The translations under genes were made by a program, and so were the position numbers. Shown here piece after piece: positions 1 to 9,881 of a DNA stretch of 64,000 bases (the stretch's first letter is position 1; each line of letters begins with the position of its first letter). The DNA is from a virus: positions 1-64,000 of IMG/VR virus record IMGVR_UViG_3300023184_000042; one strand, written 5' to 3'. The notes below the pieces were generated by a model, which made no database searches, had not been told where the DNA came from, and worked only from the letters and a program-made list of their open reading frames with translations.

Positions 1-8
1 ATTATCTT

Positions 9-1034
9 TTGAAATTTGATCCTAGAGAAGGATATTTTCTAGAAAGGAAAGATGCTTTTATTCTCCCAAAGAAAATTTATGGAGATCAATCTATTATCAA
101 AAGATGGTTGACGTCTTGGAAAACAAACTCTTCAAAGAATTTAGGTATTCTTCTAGCAGGAGTAAAAGGTTCTGGAAAAACTATCACTGCACAGAAATTC
201 TGTATGGATTCTGAATTGCCAGTAATTATCATCAATGAAGTATTTCAAGGAAGTGATTTCATAGATTTTATCACTTCGCCTAAGTTAGGAGAGTGTATTA
301 TCTTTTTAGATGAGTTTGAAAAAATGTATTCTAAACAAGAACATCAACAAGAGTTGCTTTCTATCATGGATGGTAATTACTCTACCAAGTTGATTTTCCT
401 TTTAACTGTTAATGAAGATAGACTTAATGACTATTTGGTTAATAGATTGAATAGAATCAAATACTGTAAAACATATTATGATTTAGACGTTGACACTATC
501 AATTCAGTTATTGATGATATGTTAGTTAATAAAGATCACGCTCAGTCAATTCATACCTTTTTTGAAAAAGTCAATTTAAGAACATTTGATTTACTTGTTA
601 ATTTAATCAAGGAAATGAATTTGTTCAATGAAGATGCTTTGGAATGTGGTAGTCACTTGAATTTAAAGCCTCATAACAAAACTTATGAAGTTTATGAGAT
701 TTTTGGCGGAAAAGAATATCCTTGTTACTCGACTACCTTCTTCCCAGGATTGGAATGGTTAGACGTTGAAAGAAAATCTTTGGAGTATTTGCCTGAAAAT
801 AAGAAAAGGTACACTAATGAAACAGTTGCTGTGGAAATTGAAGACGATCCTTTAGCATATGAAATGGGAGATGAAGTTGAAGAAAGTGCTCCAGGAAGAA
901 CTTGGTCAGTAAGATTAGCTATTGCAGATTGTAAAGTTGTAAAGAATGGTAATATAATCTTAATTAAAGAACCTTCTTCAGGAATACAATTTAGATTGAG
1001 AGAACAAAAATTTAATTTTTCATTAGTATTTTAG
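9..1034 (+). CDS. AAA+ ATPase (may start upstream of the window)
   Basis: Walker A GVKGSGKT, Walker B IIFLDEFEK, sensor LTVN, NRLNRI arginine finger. Confidence 0.8.
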   Translation: MKFDPREGYFLERKDAFILPKKIYGDQSIIKRWLTSWKTNSSKNLGILLAGVKGSGKTITAQKFCMDSELPVIIINEVFQGSDFIDFITSPKLGECIIFLDEFEKMYSKQEHQQELLSIMDGNYSTKLIFLLTVNEDRLNDYLVNRLNRIKYCKTYYDLDVDTINSVIDDMLVNKDHAQSIHTFFEKVNLRTFDLLVNLIKEMNLFNEDALECGSHLNLKPHNKTYEVYEIFGGKEYPCYSTTFFPGLEWLDVERKSLEYLPENKKRYTNETVAVEIEDDPLAYEMGDEVEESAPGRTWSVRLAIADCKVVKNGNIILIKEPSSGIQFRLREQKFNFSLVF

Positions 1035-1277
1035 ATGAAAGAAAAAAAGAAAAATATTGATTTATATGACAGGAAAGCTGCTTTTACAGAATTAAAGCAG
1101 TTCTGTCATTTAGCCAAAGAACATGACTTTGTTGAAGTCACTGAATGGCATAATGGGGAAGGATTTGATATCAATGTAAGCAGTACTGTCGACAGTGTTA
1201 TGTCTGTTACCTATGGACAATTTAACGCAATTAAAACATTAATTAAAAAACTAGAAAAAAGATATGAGCAACTATAA
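1035..1277 (+). CDS. hypothetical protein
   Basis: 80-aa ORF abutting both neighbours. Confidence 0.6.
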   Translation: MKEKKKNIDLYDRKAAFTELKQFCHLAKEHDFVEVTEWHNGEGFDINVSSTVDSVMSVTYGQFNAIKTLIKKLEKRYEQL

Positions 1278-2013
1278 ATTAATTAAAGAATATCCAGGTT
1301 CTCCAGAAGTAGGAACCATTGCAAAGGAATCAAGCCCGAAAGGTGGTAGCATTGCATATCAACTTCCAAATGGAGTTCAATATGTAGAGAGCTGTGCAAA
1401 TAATAATTTGTTTAAACAAAATATTGAAGCTCATCCTGAATTTTGGGAAAAACAACTCTTTGAAATTTTGCAATATGTACAAAAAGACAAACTTGCATTT
1501 ACTTCTAAAAGAAGAGGTGGTAAAGATCATGAAAAATATTGGAATATATTTTCAGTGAAACGTAACTCAGATGAAGAAGTATTTTGTATAGGTAATTCAA
1601 TTACAGGCGCTACTTATAATGATCCTAGAAAAATTGAAGGTATTATTTTAGATGGCGGAGGTGATATTTTATTTAATCAAGGTAAAGGTTACACTGAACT
1701 TGTTGATGCAAAAAAATGTAAACTACCTTTGTTTTTAACTGATGACGGTGTTGAAGTTTTTATTGGTGATATTATTTTTACGGTTCAAAGCAGTTTAAAT
1801 GATATTGATCAAATTATGGTATCATATTTTCGACCTGAAAATTATCCAACAATGAAAACATTTTCAACTAAAAAAGCAGCTGAAGATTACATCGTTAAAA
1901 ACAAATATGCACTTTCAATTGAAGACTTTTGGGAGGTATTTAATATGCCGACAAGTAACTTTAATAAAAGTGCTCATATGAAAAAATTAGTAAGAGAAAG
2001 ATTAGGACTATGA
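1264..2013 (+). CDS. hypothetical phage protein (YKLIKEYPGSP N-terminus)
   Basis: 249-aa ORF, overlapping operon arrangement. Confidence 0.6.
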   Translation: MSNYKLIKEYPGSPEVGTIAKESSPKGGSIAYQLPNGVQYVESCANNNLFKQNIEAHPEFWEKQLFEILQYVQKDKLAFTSKRRGGKDHEKYWNIFSVKRNSDEEVFCIGNSITGATYNDPRKIEGIILDGGGDILFNQGKGYTELVDAKKCKLPLFLTDDGVEVFIGDIIFTVQSSLNDIDQIMVSYFRPENYPTMKTFSTKKAAEDYIVKNKYALSIEDFWEVFNMPTSNFNKSAHMKKLVRERLGL

Positions 2014-2711
2014 AGATAACATTAATATCTGATACTCATACAAGACATCATGAAATAACAAATGACCTTCCAGGAGGAGATTTGCTTATTCATTCAGGTG
2101 ACATTATGAACTCAGGATACAATATAGAAGATATCAAATCATTTTGTAAATGGTTTGACTCGCTAGATCAATACACTCACAAAGTATTCATTGCTGGGAA
2201 TCATGATAAAATGTTTCAAGATGACCCAGAGAGAGCTATGGAAATAGTAAATTCATATAAAAACATTACTTATCTTCAAGACTCTTGGGTTGAGGTAGGA
2301 GATGATAATGAAAAATGTAAAATTTACGGGTCTCCATGGCAACCTTGGTTTTATGATTGGGCATTCAATCTTCAAAGAAACTCTATTGGATTAGCTTCTA
2401 AATGGGAAGCAATTCCAGAGGATACTGATATCGTTGTTACGCACGGACCGGCATACGGTATGTTAGATACAGTTATAAACCGCCAATATGACTATTTAGG
2501 TTGTGAGTTATTAAGAGAGCGATTAGATTTAATTCAACCTAAAATTCATACCTGTGGTCATATTCATTCAGGCAGAGGTTATCAAGAAAATGCTGGAACT
2601 CATTATTTCAATGCTTCAGTGTTAGATGAAAGATATGATTATGAATATAGACCTATTCATTTCGAATTTGATTTTAATTCAAATACTATTTCAGAAGAAA
2701 TAAATCTATAA
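2010..2711 (+). CDS. calcineurin-like metallophosphoesterase
   Basis: SDTH, HSGD, AGNHD, THGP and GHIH motifs. Confidence 0.9.
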   Translation: MKITLISDTHTRHHEITNDLPGGDLLIHSGDIMNSGYNIEDIKSFCKWFDSLDQYTHKVFIAGNHDKMFQDDPERAMEIVNSYKNITYLQDSWVEVGDDNEKCKIYGSPWQPWFYDWAFNLQRNSIGLASKWEAIPEDTDIVVTHGPAYGMLDTVINRQYDYLGCELLRERLDLIQPKIHTCGHIHSGRGYQENAGTHYFNASVLDERYDYEYRPIHFEFDFNSNTISEEINL

Positions 2712-3016
2712 TGAAGATAAAACAAAGAAAGATTTACAATGAATATAAAGATGCATCTAAAAAAGAAATCTGGGAGGGAGTTAGGGATAATTTTACTTTT
2801 GGATTTCTAGGTGCTACTTTAGTTGTATTCATTGCTACTCGCACAGATCTCGCAGTGCTAGCAGGATACATTTTATATTACATGTTCATGGGTAGAATTG
2901 TTAATAGACCTAAATATGTAACAGACCTCGGAAGAAAGATAGTATTTCCTATTCCGTCTGCTCTCGGAGCATTTGTAGGATATAAATTATCTTATATCTT
3001 GCTTCAATTAATTTAA
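2711..3016 (+). CDS. small membrane protein
   Basis: about three hydrophobic segments. Confidence 0.6.
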   Translation: MKIKQRKIYNEYKDASKKEIWEGVRDNFTFGFLGATLVVFIATRTDLAVLAGYILYYMFMGRIVNRPKYVTDLGRKIVFPIPSALGAFVGYKLSYILLQLI

Positions 3017-3035
3017 TGTGATTTATTTAAAATAC

Positions 3036-3044
3036 GATATTTAT
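3036..3044 (+). promoter_or_regulatory. putative late promoter RATAWTTAT (representative; also 5145, 5975, 11740, 26393, 38941, 47045, 48736, 50507, 54807, 56425, 61783)
   Basis: recurring motif about 20-35 nt upstream of most starts (further at 11740), enriched before leader-family and structural genes. Confidence 0.6.
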
Positions 3045-3071
3045 TTAAAAATAATAATCTAATCATATCGT

Positions 3072-4109
3072 ATGAAATCAACTCAACTTAATATTTTACG
3101 AAACTTAATTCGTGAAGAGGTTAAGAAGTCTTTAGCAACCAAAGCTCCTATCAATGAAGCGTTTGCTTCTCCTATCTTAAGAAGACTTTTAGCTCAAAAA
3201 ACTTATAGAACAACTATCGCGCCAGCATTCCAAAAAATGGCTCAAATTGCTTTAGATAAAGTAACTGACGATTGTATTACTAAAATGGACCCGACATCTG
3301 CTTACAAAGAGCTTAAAAAAGCAGGAGGTAAAGTAGTTGTATTTTACGTTTCAGAAAAAGGTACTACTAACAGCTATGCAAAAGATGCATATTATCAAAA
3401 AGTTGCTCCAGGAACTGTGTTAGGGCTTGCATCCGGAGATAATAAATTCTTTGATGTAAATTACATTAGATATGGAGCTGACAATGGTAAACAAACTATG
3501 AGTGCTGGTAAAACAGGAGACTCTGTTGGTGTTCAAAAATCAGGTTCAGGATATGGCTCAACAGGATTATATAATGTTAAACGCGTAGCTGAAATAGCTG
3601 ACGTAGCTTATGTAATTGATTTAGAAAAATTAAAAGATAAAGGTTTAGGGACTTCAGCATTAGCTTCAAAAAGATTTAATCAAAAATTCGGAGCTATTGC
3701 ATTTAAATCAGATGCTCAATTCAAAAAAGAAAATTTAGCTAGATATAAAGAAGCTTTGCAAGGTAGAGCTGCTAAAGGAGATATTGATACTATGGTGTTA
3801 GAAGCTATTAATCAAGTAACTAAACAAATATCTGCAGCTGTAGCTGGTAAATCATTATCTCAATATGGAGATGTTCTTATTGGTAAAAGTCCAAAAGGTA
3901 GAGATGTAACTGCATCAGACGCTTCTAATGCTTTAAATAGATTGCTTCAAGACTTTGCTAGATACTCTTCTGCTAAAATAGAGTTAGAAAAATCTCAAGC
4001 TGGTGATGCTAATTATCGTTCTAGCTATTCAGAAACTAGAGTAAAAGAGTTTGCTTTGGATATTAAAAATCACTGTATCAAAATCAATAAATTAGATTAC
4101 GGCTGGTAA
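3072..4109 (+). CDS. putative virion-internal protein, class B leader (LRNLIREEVKKSL...INE)
   Basis: shared N-terminal leader motif. Confidence 0.6.
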   Translation: MKSTQLNILRNLIREEVKKSLATKAPINEAFASPILRRLLAQKTYRTTIAPAFQKMAQIALDKVTDDCITKMDPTSAYKELKKAGGKVVVFYVSEKGTTNSYAKDAYYQKVAPGTVLGLASGDNKFFDVNYIRYGADNGKQTMSAGKTGDSVGVQKSGSGYGSTGLYNVKRVAEIADVAYVIDLEKLKDKGLGTSALASKRFNQKFGAIAFKSDAQFKKENLARYKEALQGRAAKGDIDTMVLEAINQVTKQISAAVAGKSLSQYGDVLIGKSPKGRDVTASDASNALNRLLQDFARYSSAKIELEKSQAGDANYRSSYSETRVKEFALDIKNHCIKINKLDYGW

Positions 4110-4118
4110 TCATAACTA

Positions 4119-4451
4119 ATGAAAAGAACCATAAACGAACATCTTAAAGATATTATCAGACAGGAAATTAAAAGTGCCCTGTCTGAAAATAGAATGTCAA
4201 TAGGCAAAGGAGTGTATTCAATTCGTGTATTTTCTGATAGAAAGGGAATTGCATTGTCATTCTTACCTGACTCTAAAACTTTAGATATTCCAGTAAATAC
4301 TCAAGTAAATGATATTAATGAAGTACTTAATATAAAGTTAGGTCCTTTAGGAAAAGCTTTTTATTTTGAATCAGGTCATGAAGCAGCTGGAAGAATATAT
4401 AGATTAAACAATGACGAGTTCACTGATATAATAACTAAAATGCTATCTTGA
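4119..4451 (+). CDS. putative virion-internal protein, class B leader
   Basis: LKDIIRQEIKSALSE. Confidence 0.55.
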   Translation: MKRTINEHLKDIIRQEIKSALSENRMSIGKGVYSIRVFSDRKGIALSFLPDSKTLDIPVNTQVNDINEVLNIKLGPLGKAFYFESGHEAAGRIYRLNNDEFTDIITKMLS

Positions 4452-4565
4452 TAAAGTGGAAGAGCAATCTAATGTGGGAATGTACCTTCAAATAGGTATT
4501 TTCATTTTTGGAGTCATATTAATTGTGCTGGAATCACTTCCTAACAATAATAAAAAAAATAAACT

Positions 4566-5093
4566 ATGAAAGTATCTGAATTAAGACAATTAATAAGAGA
4601 GCAAGTTAAGCAAATTCTTGCACAGCCTTTAAATGAAAATTTTGCAGTGACTATAAAAGATATTCACTTTGAAACCGATCCAGTTAAAGCTGAAACTCTT
4701 AAAAAAGCTTATGGTAAATCGACCGGAGAGTTATTTCCTTCTAAACAAATTGCCTCTGCAAATTATGCTTTAGCAAAATACAGAAAGCAAATTGGATATG
4801 ACAATGGTAAGTCAGGTACTGCGGGATCAACGGATGTATTCGTACCTCACTCGTCAATGGCAGCTTTTTCTACAGTAGGTAATGGCCCACATTCTAAACC
4901 TATGAAATGGAATCGAAAAGAATATGACAAATGGATTAAAGGAATGGCTGGTGACGGAGGAGCAAATAATGCTTACGATATGGCACAAAATGCTAAACAT
5001 GAACCAGGCTTAATTGATTGGGTAAAAAGAAATGTAGCAAATGGAGAGAACCCATTGGAAAGAATTCAATGGGATATTGAAGCTTATACATAA
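4566..5093 (+). CDS. putative virion-internal protein, class B leader
   Basis: MKVSELRQLIREQVKQIL...LNE. Confidence 0.6.
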   Translation: MKVSELRQLIREQVKQILAQPLNENFAVTIKDIHFETDPVKAETLKKAYGKSTGELFPSKQIASANYALAKYRKQIGYDNGKSGTAGSTDVFVPHSSMAAFSTVGNGPHSKPMKWNRKEYDKWIKGMAGDGGANNAYDMAQNAKHEPGLIDWVKRNVANGENPLERIQWDIEAYT

Positions 5094-5099
5094 TATAAG

Positions 5100-5131
5100 A
5101 AAGCTAGGCATCAGTCTAGCTTTTCTACTGA
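5100..5131 (+). terminator. intrinsic terminator
   Basis: AAAGCTAG/CTAGCTTT stem followed by TTCTACTGA. Confidence 0.65.
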
Positions 5132-5170
5132 TTTATCCGTACTTGATATTTATTATTAAATAAAGTTTAC

Positions 5171-5833
5171 ATGGGCAAATTTGGAGAATACAAAGGACTA
5201 CAAATATTAGAAAGTCAGATTAGGTATGCTATGGATAATACCTCTTCTAATTCAGAGGCAGCTAAATGGCTTCACATTTCATTTTCTACATGGAAGAAAT
5301 ATGCATCTATGTATATTGACGAACCTACAGGAAAGACTTTGTTTGTATTACACAAAGAGACTGGGTTTGCAAAAAGATTAGTACTTCCACAAACAAGATA
5401 TAGAAGAAAGGCATCGGCTCCTTGGGCATTTCAGCCTACACCAATTCAAGAAGTGTTTGATAATAAACATCCTAAATACTCTCTGAATAGATTTAAAGAG
5501 CGTTTAATCAAAGAAGGTCATATAGAAGAAAGATGTTCGTGCTGTGGGTTTCAAGAACGAAGGGAACACGACTATGATATGCCTTTGAAAATGCATTGGA
5601 TAGACGGAAACAAAGCAAACTATGCTTTGTCTAATATTCAGCTGCTTTGCTTTAACTGTTACTTTCTTAATGTAGGAAATCCTTTCGGTGGAAAGGAAAG
5701 ACAATTTTACATAGATGAACACACAGGAGAACCTGTTCCTGTGCGTGGAGATAGAAAGTCTTTAAAAGAACAAATTATAAAGACTGGACCTCGATATTAT
5801 CGAGACAAGCTTGTTCCTCCTTCTTCTGAGTAA
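5171..5833 (+). CDS. HNH-type endonuclease with N-terminal HTH-like region
   Basis: CSCC...HWIDGNKANYALSNIQLLCFNC. Confidence 0.75.
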   Translation: MGKFGEYKGLQILESQIRYAMDNTSSNSEAAKWLHISFSTWKKYASMYIDEPTGKTLFVLHKETGFAKRLVLPQTRYRRKASAPWAFQPTPIQEVFDNKHPKYSLNRFKERLIKEGHIEERCSCCGFQERREHDYDMPLKMHWIDGNKANYALSNIQLLCFNCYFLNVGNPFGGKERQFYIDEHTGEPVPVRGDRKSLKEQIIKTGPRYYRDKLVPPSSE

Positions 5834-5933
5834 GCAGAAACTCTTCATATTGTAAATATTCATCCCAAAATTGATTTGGATTTTCTTCTTCAAAGAATCC
5901 TATAGATTCTAAATAACGTTTAGTATAACTCAT
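5775..5933 (-). CDS. small acidic protein MSYTKRYLESIGFFEEENPNQFWDEY... (52 aa, not in ORF track)
   Basis: minus-strand ATG at 5933, open to TAA at 5775, preceded by minus-strand CTTATATTTA (5959-5950). Confidence 0.5.
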   Translation of the reverse strand: MSYTKRYLESIGFFEEENPNQFWDEYLQYEEFLLTQKKEEQACLDNIEVQSL

Positions 5934-5995
5934 AATTTCTTTATTTGTCTAAATATAAGTATTTCTTATGAATTGATAATTATTATAAAGAAATT

Positions 5996-6499
5996 ATGTC
6001 ATTATTAGACTCCTTAAAGAATTTAAGACCTGCAGAAAGATTCAAAGCCTTTTTGATAGTAGTCGTGCTATCATCAATCACTCCGCTAGCTACTATGTAT
6101 TTAAAAACTGATGATTGTAAAGGAATTTCAACTCAGTATGAAAGTTTAGTTGATAATCATACTAAACTAATGGAAACTAATAATAAAATAATTCAAGACA
6201 ATACTTCAAAAACAGAAGCTATTAGAAAATTAGATTCTATTTTAGTTACATTATCTCAGCAAGAAGCTGTAGTAGCAACTAAAGTAGAGCAAATACCAGT
6301 TAAACGACAAAGTCAAGTTGTAGTAAATGAAACTGGCTGTGGCGATAATGGAGAAGTTGTATTAGCTAAAAGTGTAATTGAAGAACCGGAACCTAGAATA
6401 TTAATTGTTAAATCAACAACAAAGACAGACTTAAATAAAACTCAAAAAGATTTAGTTAAATCTGCATTGAAAATAACAAAAGAATACAAAAATGATTAA
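5996..6499 (+). CDS. membrane-anchored coiled-coil protein
   Basis: N-terminal hydrophobic helix followed by heptads. Confidence 0.55.
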   Translation: MSLLDSLKNLRPAERFKAFLIVVVLSSITPLATMYLKTDDCKGISTQYESLVDNHTKLMETNNKIIQDNTSKTEAIRKLDSILVTLSQQEAVVATKVEQIPVKRQSQVVVNETGCGDNGEVVLAKSVIEEPEPRILIVKSTTKTDLNKTQKDLVKSALKITKEYKND

Positions 6500-7310
6500 A
6501 CTTAAAGATATATTAACAGAATTAAAGTCTATTGAAAATATAGATAAGGTTGATACTACTAAACCATATTCCATAATATGGAACAATGGAGATTTAGTTG
6601 CTATGTCTCCGGGTGCTATGCCTCCTATGTCTTTAGGTAAGATGTTTCCGATGATGGTTGAGCCTTCTAAGAAAATAGTTAAGCTGCAAGACTATGACGA
6701 TTGGTCTAGCTTCAAAGACATTTTGAAAATGCAACAAGCTGTTAAAGATATGCTTAAAGCTAAATTAATTGATATGACCTGGAAGGTTGATATTCCAATG
6801 TCTGATGTAAAAAAGAATATTGGTTCATTGAAAATTGCAGAGTTTTTAAAATACAATGCTACATTTTCAAACACGATAACAAAAGCATTTCACGGAACCA
6901 CTGATAAAGAATTAGCGTCTATTCAAAGGATAGGTATTACACCTCCGTCTAAAACAGATCAAGAAATTCTAAAATGGGATCAATTCTATGGAGAAGATTC
7001 AAAAGATAAAACATATTGGTCAATTGATTTTGATCGTGCTAAGTATTATGCGGAGCATGCTGTTGGATTATATGATAGAATGGGAATAAAAGCAAAGCCT
7101 ATTGTAATTGAAATAAACAATTGGCCAATGTCAATGACAACTGCAGACGATGACTTTCAGTCTAATATGAGTATGATTCAAATGTTAGCTGTAATGCAAC
7201 ATGGTAAGTTAGATAATACATCAGCTATTCAGTCAATCAGAATGACTTCGCAATTTGCTATTAAAGGAAGAGTACCAGCTTCTAAAATTATAAAAATACA
7301 TAAAGTATGA
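6492..7310 (+). CDS. class A leader protein with putative H-clade ADP-ribosyltransferase-like domain
   Basis: MIKLKDILTE; AFHGT...TYWSIDFDRAKYYA...PIVIEI. Confidence 0.55.
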   Translation: MIKLKDILTELKSIENIDKVDTTKPYSIIWNNGDLVAMSPGAMPPMSLGKMFPMMVEPSKKIVKLQDYDDWSSFKDILKMQQAVKDMLKAKLIDMTWKVDIPMSDVKKNIGSLKIAEFLKYNATFSNTITKAFHGTTDKELASIQRIGITPPSKTDQEILKWDQFYGEDSKDKTYWSIDFDRAKYYAEHAVGLYDRMGIKAKPIVIEINNWPMSMTTADDDFQSNMSMIQMLAVMQHGKLDNTSAIQSIRMTSQFAIKGRVPASKIIKIHKV

Positions 7311-7891
7311 TAAAACTTAAAGATTTACTTTCTGAAGCTTGCTGGAAAGGATATAGACAATTCGGAATGAAAAAGAAAGGTAAGAGACAAGTACCTAATT
7401 GCGTTCCAGTAGAGGAAGAGATAGTGAATGAAATAGGTGATGGCTCGTCAGGGACTTATAAATGGGAATTTAAGCAGTATGGAGAGTCTTATCAAGATTC
7501 TGAATTTAGTTTTGTCACTGATTTAGATACTAAATATAATTTAGTGTTAAATAGCAAACAATGGGTAGATGCTGAATTAGATAATATTCCAGCAGTTGAA
7601 GTTGAATTTTTAGTACAAAACATAACTAGTATAGGTCGAGGATATTCTTCTAAAATAACAACTAACAAAGGAGAGCATTTAAAAGTAATGTCTACTATAG
7701 TTGATATATTAAAAGAATACATTAAAAAGAATCCAGCAGTAAAAGCTATTATGTATTCTCCTGCTAAGAAAGACAATGAAGAAGTATTTGGAACACAAAG
7801 AGATATGCTTTACAAAGCATTTATTAAGAAAGCTGTTCCTTCTGCTACATTTGTCAGAGAAGATGATTATACTATTGCTATAATAAAATAA
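7307..7891 (+). CDS. class A leader protein with CWKGY...VPNCVP motif
   Basis: MIKLKDLLSE-ACWKGYRQFGMKKKGKRQVPNCVP. Confidence 0.6.
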   Translation: MIKLKDLLSEACWKGYRQFGMKKKGKRQVPNCVPVEEEIVNEIGDGSSGTYKWEFKQYGESYQDSEFSFVTDLDTKYNLVLNSKQWVDAELDNIPAVEVEFLVQNITSIGRGYSSKITTNKGEHLKVMSTIVDILKEYIKKNPAVKAIMYSPAKKDNEEVFGTQRDMLYKAFIKKAVPSATFVREDDYTIAIIK

Positions 7892-7892
7892 T

Positions 7893-8678
7893 ATGATTAA
7901 GTTAAAAGATTTATTAAACGAGTTAGACTTTGGTAAGTATCCATTTACAGACGTTACCTCATTGAAAAATTCTTGGACTCAAGAACATTTCAAACAATTA
8001 CTTGATCAATGGAAATTTGTTGAAGAACCTAATACCAAAGACGAAGCAAAATTTCTTAAAGCTTTAACTAGATATTTCAAAGACGCTAAAAATCCTATAT
8101 CTGTTTCAGACTTAAATCAATTGTTATCAATTAAATCTAAATTTCCAGGACTTTTAGATCCAGCATCAAGTACAATATATTCTAAACTTTACAGAGGTAC
8201 TTCAATTCCAATAAAAGATGTTTTGCGATACTCTTGGTCGAGTCCATCATGGGGTGTATATGAATGTAGTACTCCTATTACAATAAATTCTAAAACTACT
8301 AGAGGTTTTACTTCATTTTCAATATCTCAAAACACAGCTACTGAATTTGCTGTTGACGCTTGGCCAAATGGATTCGATGATAGTGAATATCAAGATGAAG
8401 CAGGGGCTTTAGAAGCTATTAATATGCATTTAGTTCCGGCAGTAGTATCTATAGATATTTCAGACCCTAATGCATTATTCAATCCAGAATTTTCTGAATT
8501 ATTTAACATTCACGGTAATGAAGGGGAAGTTTTATATATAGGCAATTCATATAAATCAATTAAAACAAAAATAGTAGCTTTAGATGATATTTTTTCATAT
8601 GTCAAACAATGGTCAAAAGGTAAATATGATGAACAATGGTTAGCTTTAGCTGAATATTTAAAAGTAAAATTAAAATGA
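7893..8678 (+). CDS. class A leader protein, putative R-S-E ADP-ribosyltransferase
   Basis: LYRG...FTSFS...NEGEV. Confidence 0.6.
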   Translation: MIKLKDLLNELDFGKYPFTDVTSLKNSWTQEHFKQLLDQWKFVEEPNTKDEAKFLKALTRYFKDAKNPISVSDLNQLLSIKSKFPGLLDPASSTIYSKLYRGTSIPIKDVLRYSWSSPSWGVYECSTPITINSKTTRGFTSFSISQNTATEFAVDAWPNGFDDSEYQDEAGALEAINMHLVPAVVSIDISDPNALFNPEFSELFNIHGNEGEVLYIGNSYKSIKTKIVALDDIFSYVKQWSKGKYDEQWLALAEYLKVKLK

Positions 8679-9436
8679 TAAAATTAAAAGACCTTTTAAA
8701 AGAATTAGACTTTGGTAAATTTCCATTTACAGATCCTGACGCAGTGCAGTTGGGTATGATGGAGAAAATGTCTTTGGAAAGATTGATTGACAAATACAAA
8801 TATGTCACAGAACCTAATACCAAAGATGAGCAGAAACTCTTGAAAGATTTAAGTAAGTATTTTGAAAATGAAGAGAATACAGTTCAAGTTTCAGGATTAA
8901 AAGCTCTTTTAGCTGTTAAATCTAAATTCCCAGGTATACTTGATCCGGAACAAGCTGATGATTTTAGCTATGTATATCGAGGTACTTCAATGCCAATCGC
9001 TGAAGTATTGAAATATGATTGGAATAAGCTTAAGGATCAATTTGGTCAATCTGAATTTGAATGTAAATCTAATAATGTAATGATAACTGCTAAAGGAGAC
9101 AGAGGGTTTTCTTCATTTTCAGTATATGAAGACACTGCTGCAGACTTTGCTAATGAACAATATATAGACTTTCCAGCTCATTACATTAAAAATAATTTAG
9201 TTCCTGTAGTGACTTCTATATATATTTCCAATCCTAATGCATTATTCAATCCTGCATTTTCTAAAATATTCAACATACATGGTAATGAAGGAGAAGTTTT
9301 ATTGATAGATACAAAATATAAGTCTCCTAAAACTAAATTGGTATTTTTAGATGATGTATTTGAAAATATTCAAGATCAAGGAAAATTGAGTAGCGAATGG
9401 AAAGCTTTAGCCAAACATCTTAAAATTGAATTGTAA
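8675..9436 (+). CDS. tandem paralog of 7893..8678, putative R-S-E ADP-ribosyltransferase
   Basis: VYRG...FSSFS...NEGEV; shared blocks ELDFGK.PFTD, EPNTKDE, KSKFPG.LDP, NALFNP.FS. Confidence 0.65.
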   Translation: MIKLKDLLKELDFGKFPFTDPDAVQLGMMEKMSLERLIDKYKYVTEPNTKDEQKLLKDLSKYFENEENTVQVSGLKALLAVKSKFPGILDPEQADDFSYVYRGTSMPIAEVLKYDWNKLKDQFGQSEFECKSNNVMITAKGDRGFSSFSVYEDTAADFANEQYIDFPAHYIKNNLVPVVTSIYISNPNALFNPAFSKIFNIHGNEGEVLLIDTKYKSPKTKLVFLDDVFENIQDQGKLSSEWKALAKHLKIEL

Positions 9437-9530
9437 TGTTGAAGTACTTTTTAATCTGGTTAGGATACGAATTTATAAGACCAAAATTAATTTGGTTATG
9501 GTATTATTTAATTAAAAAAGGAGGAGGAGA

Positions 9531-9881
9531 ATGATTAAACTTAAAAACATTTTAAACGAGGCAGAACCTGTAAAAGAAGAAAAGAATTTTGAAGAATTTG
9601 CAGAAACTCGAGAAGAAGGGGCTTCTACAATTGTAGACAATGCTAAAAAGAAAGGTGGGCTAGCTATGCTAACTTGGCATCACTTCAAAGTTAAACTTCC
9701 TTACTATGAAAAAGCTGCTGAAGGTTCTTTAGATATTGAGAAAGCTCAGTCAGAATATATAGAGTTGTTAGAACAACTTTATAAATTAACTAACAAAAAA
9801 ATGGATATCGAGCAAATTGCTTTTCAAGAGTTAGTTGGTAAAATAGAAGTTTTAGGAGAACTCTTGATTAAGCATAAATAA
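9531..9881 (+). CDS. class A leader protein, unknown cargo
   Basis: MIKLKNILNE. Confidence 0.6.
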   Translation: MIKLKNILNEAEPVKEEKNFEEFAETREEGASTIVDNAKKKGGLAMLTWHHFKVKLPYYEKAAEGSLDIEKAQSEYIELLEQLYKLTNKKMDIEQIAFQELVGKIEVLGELLIKHK

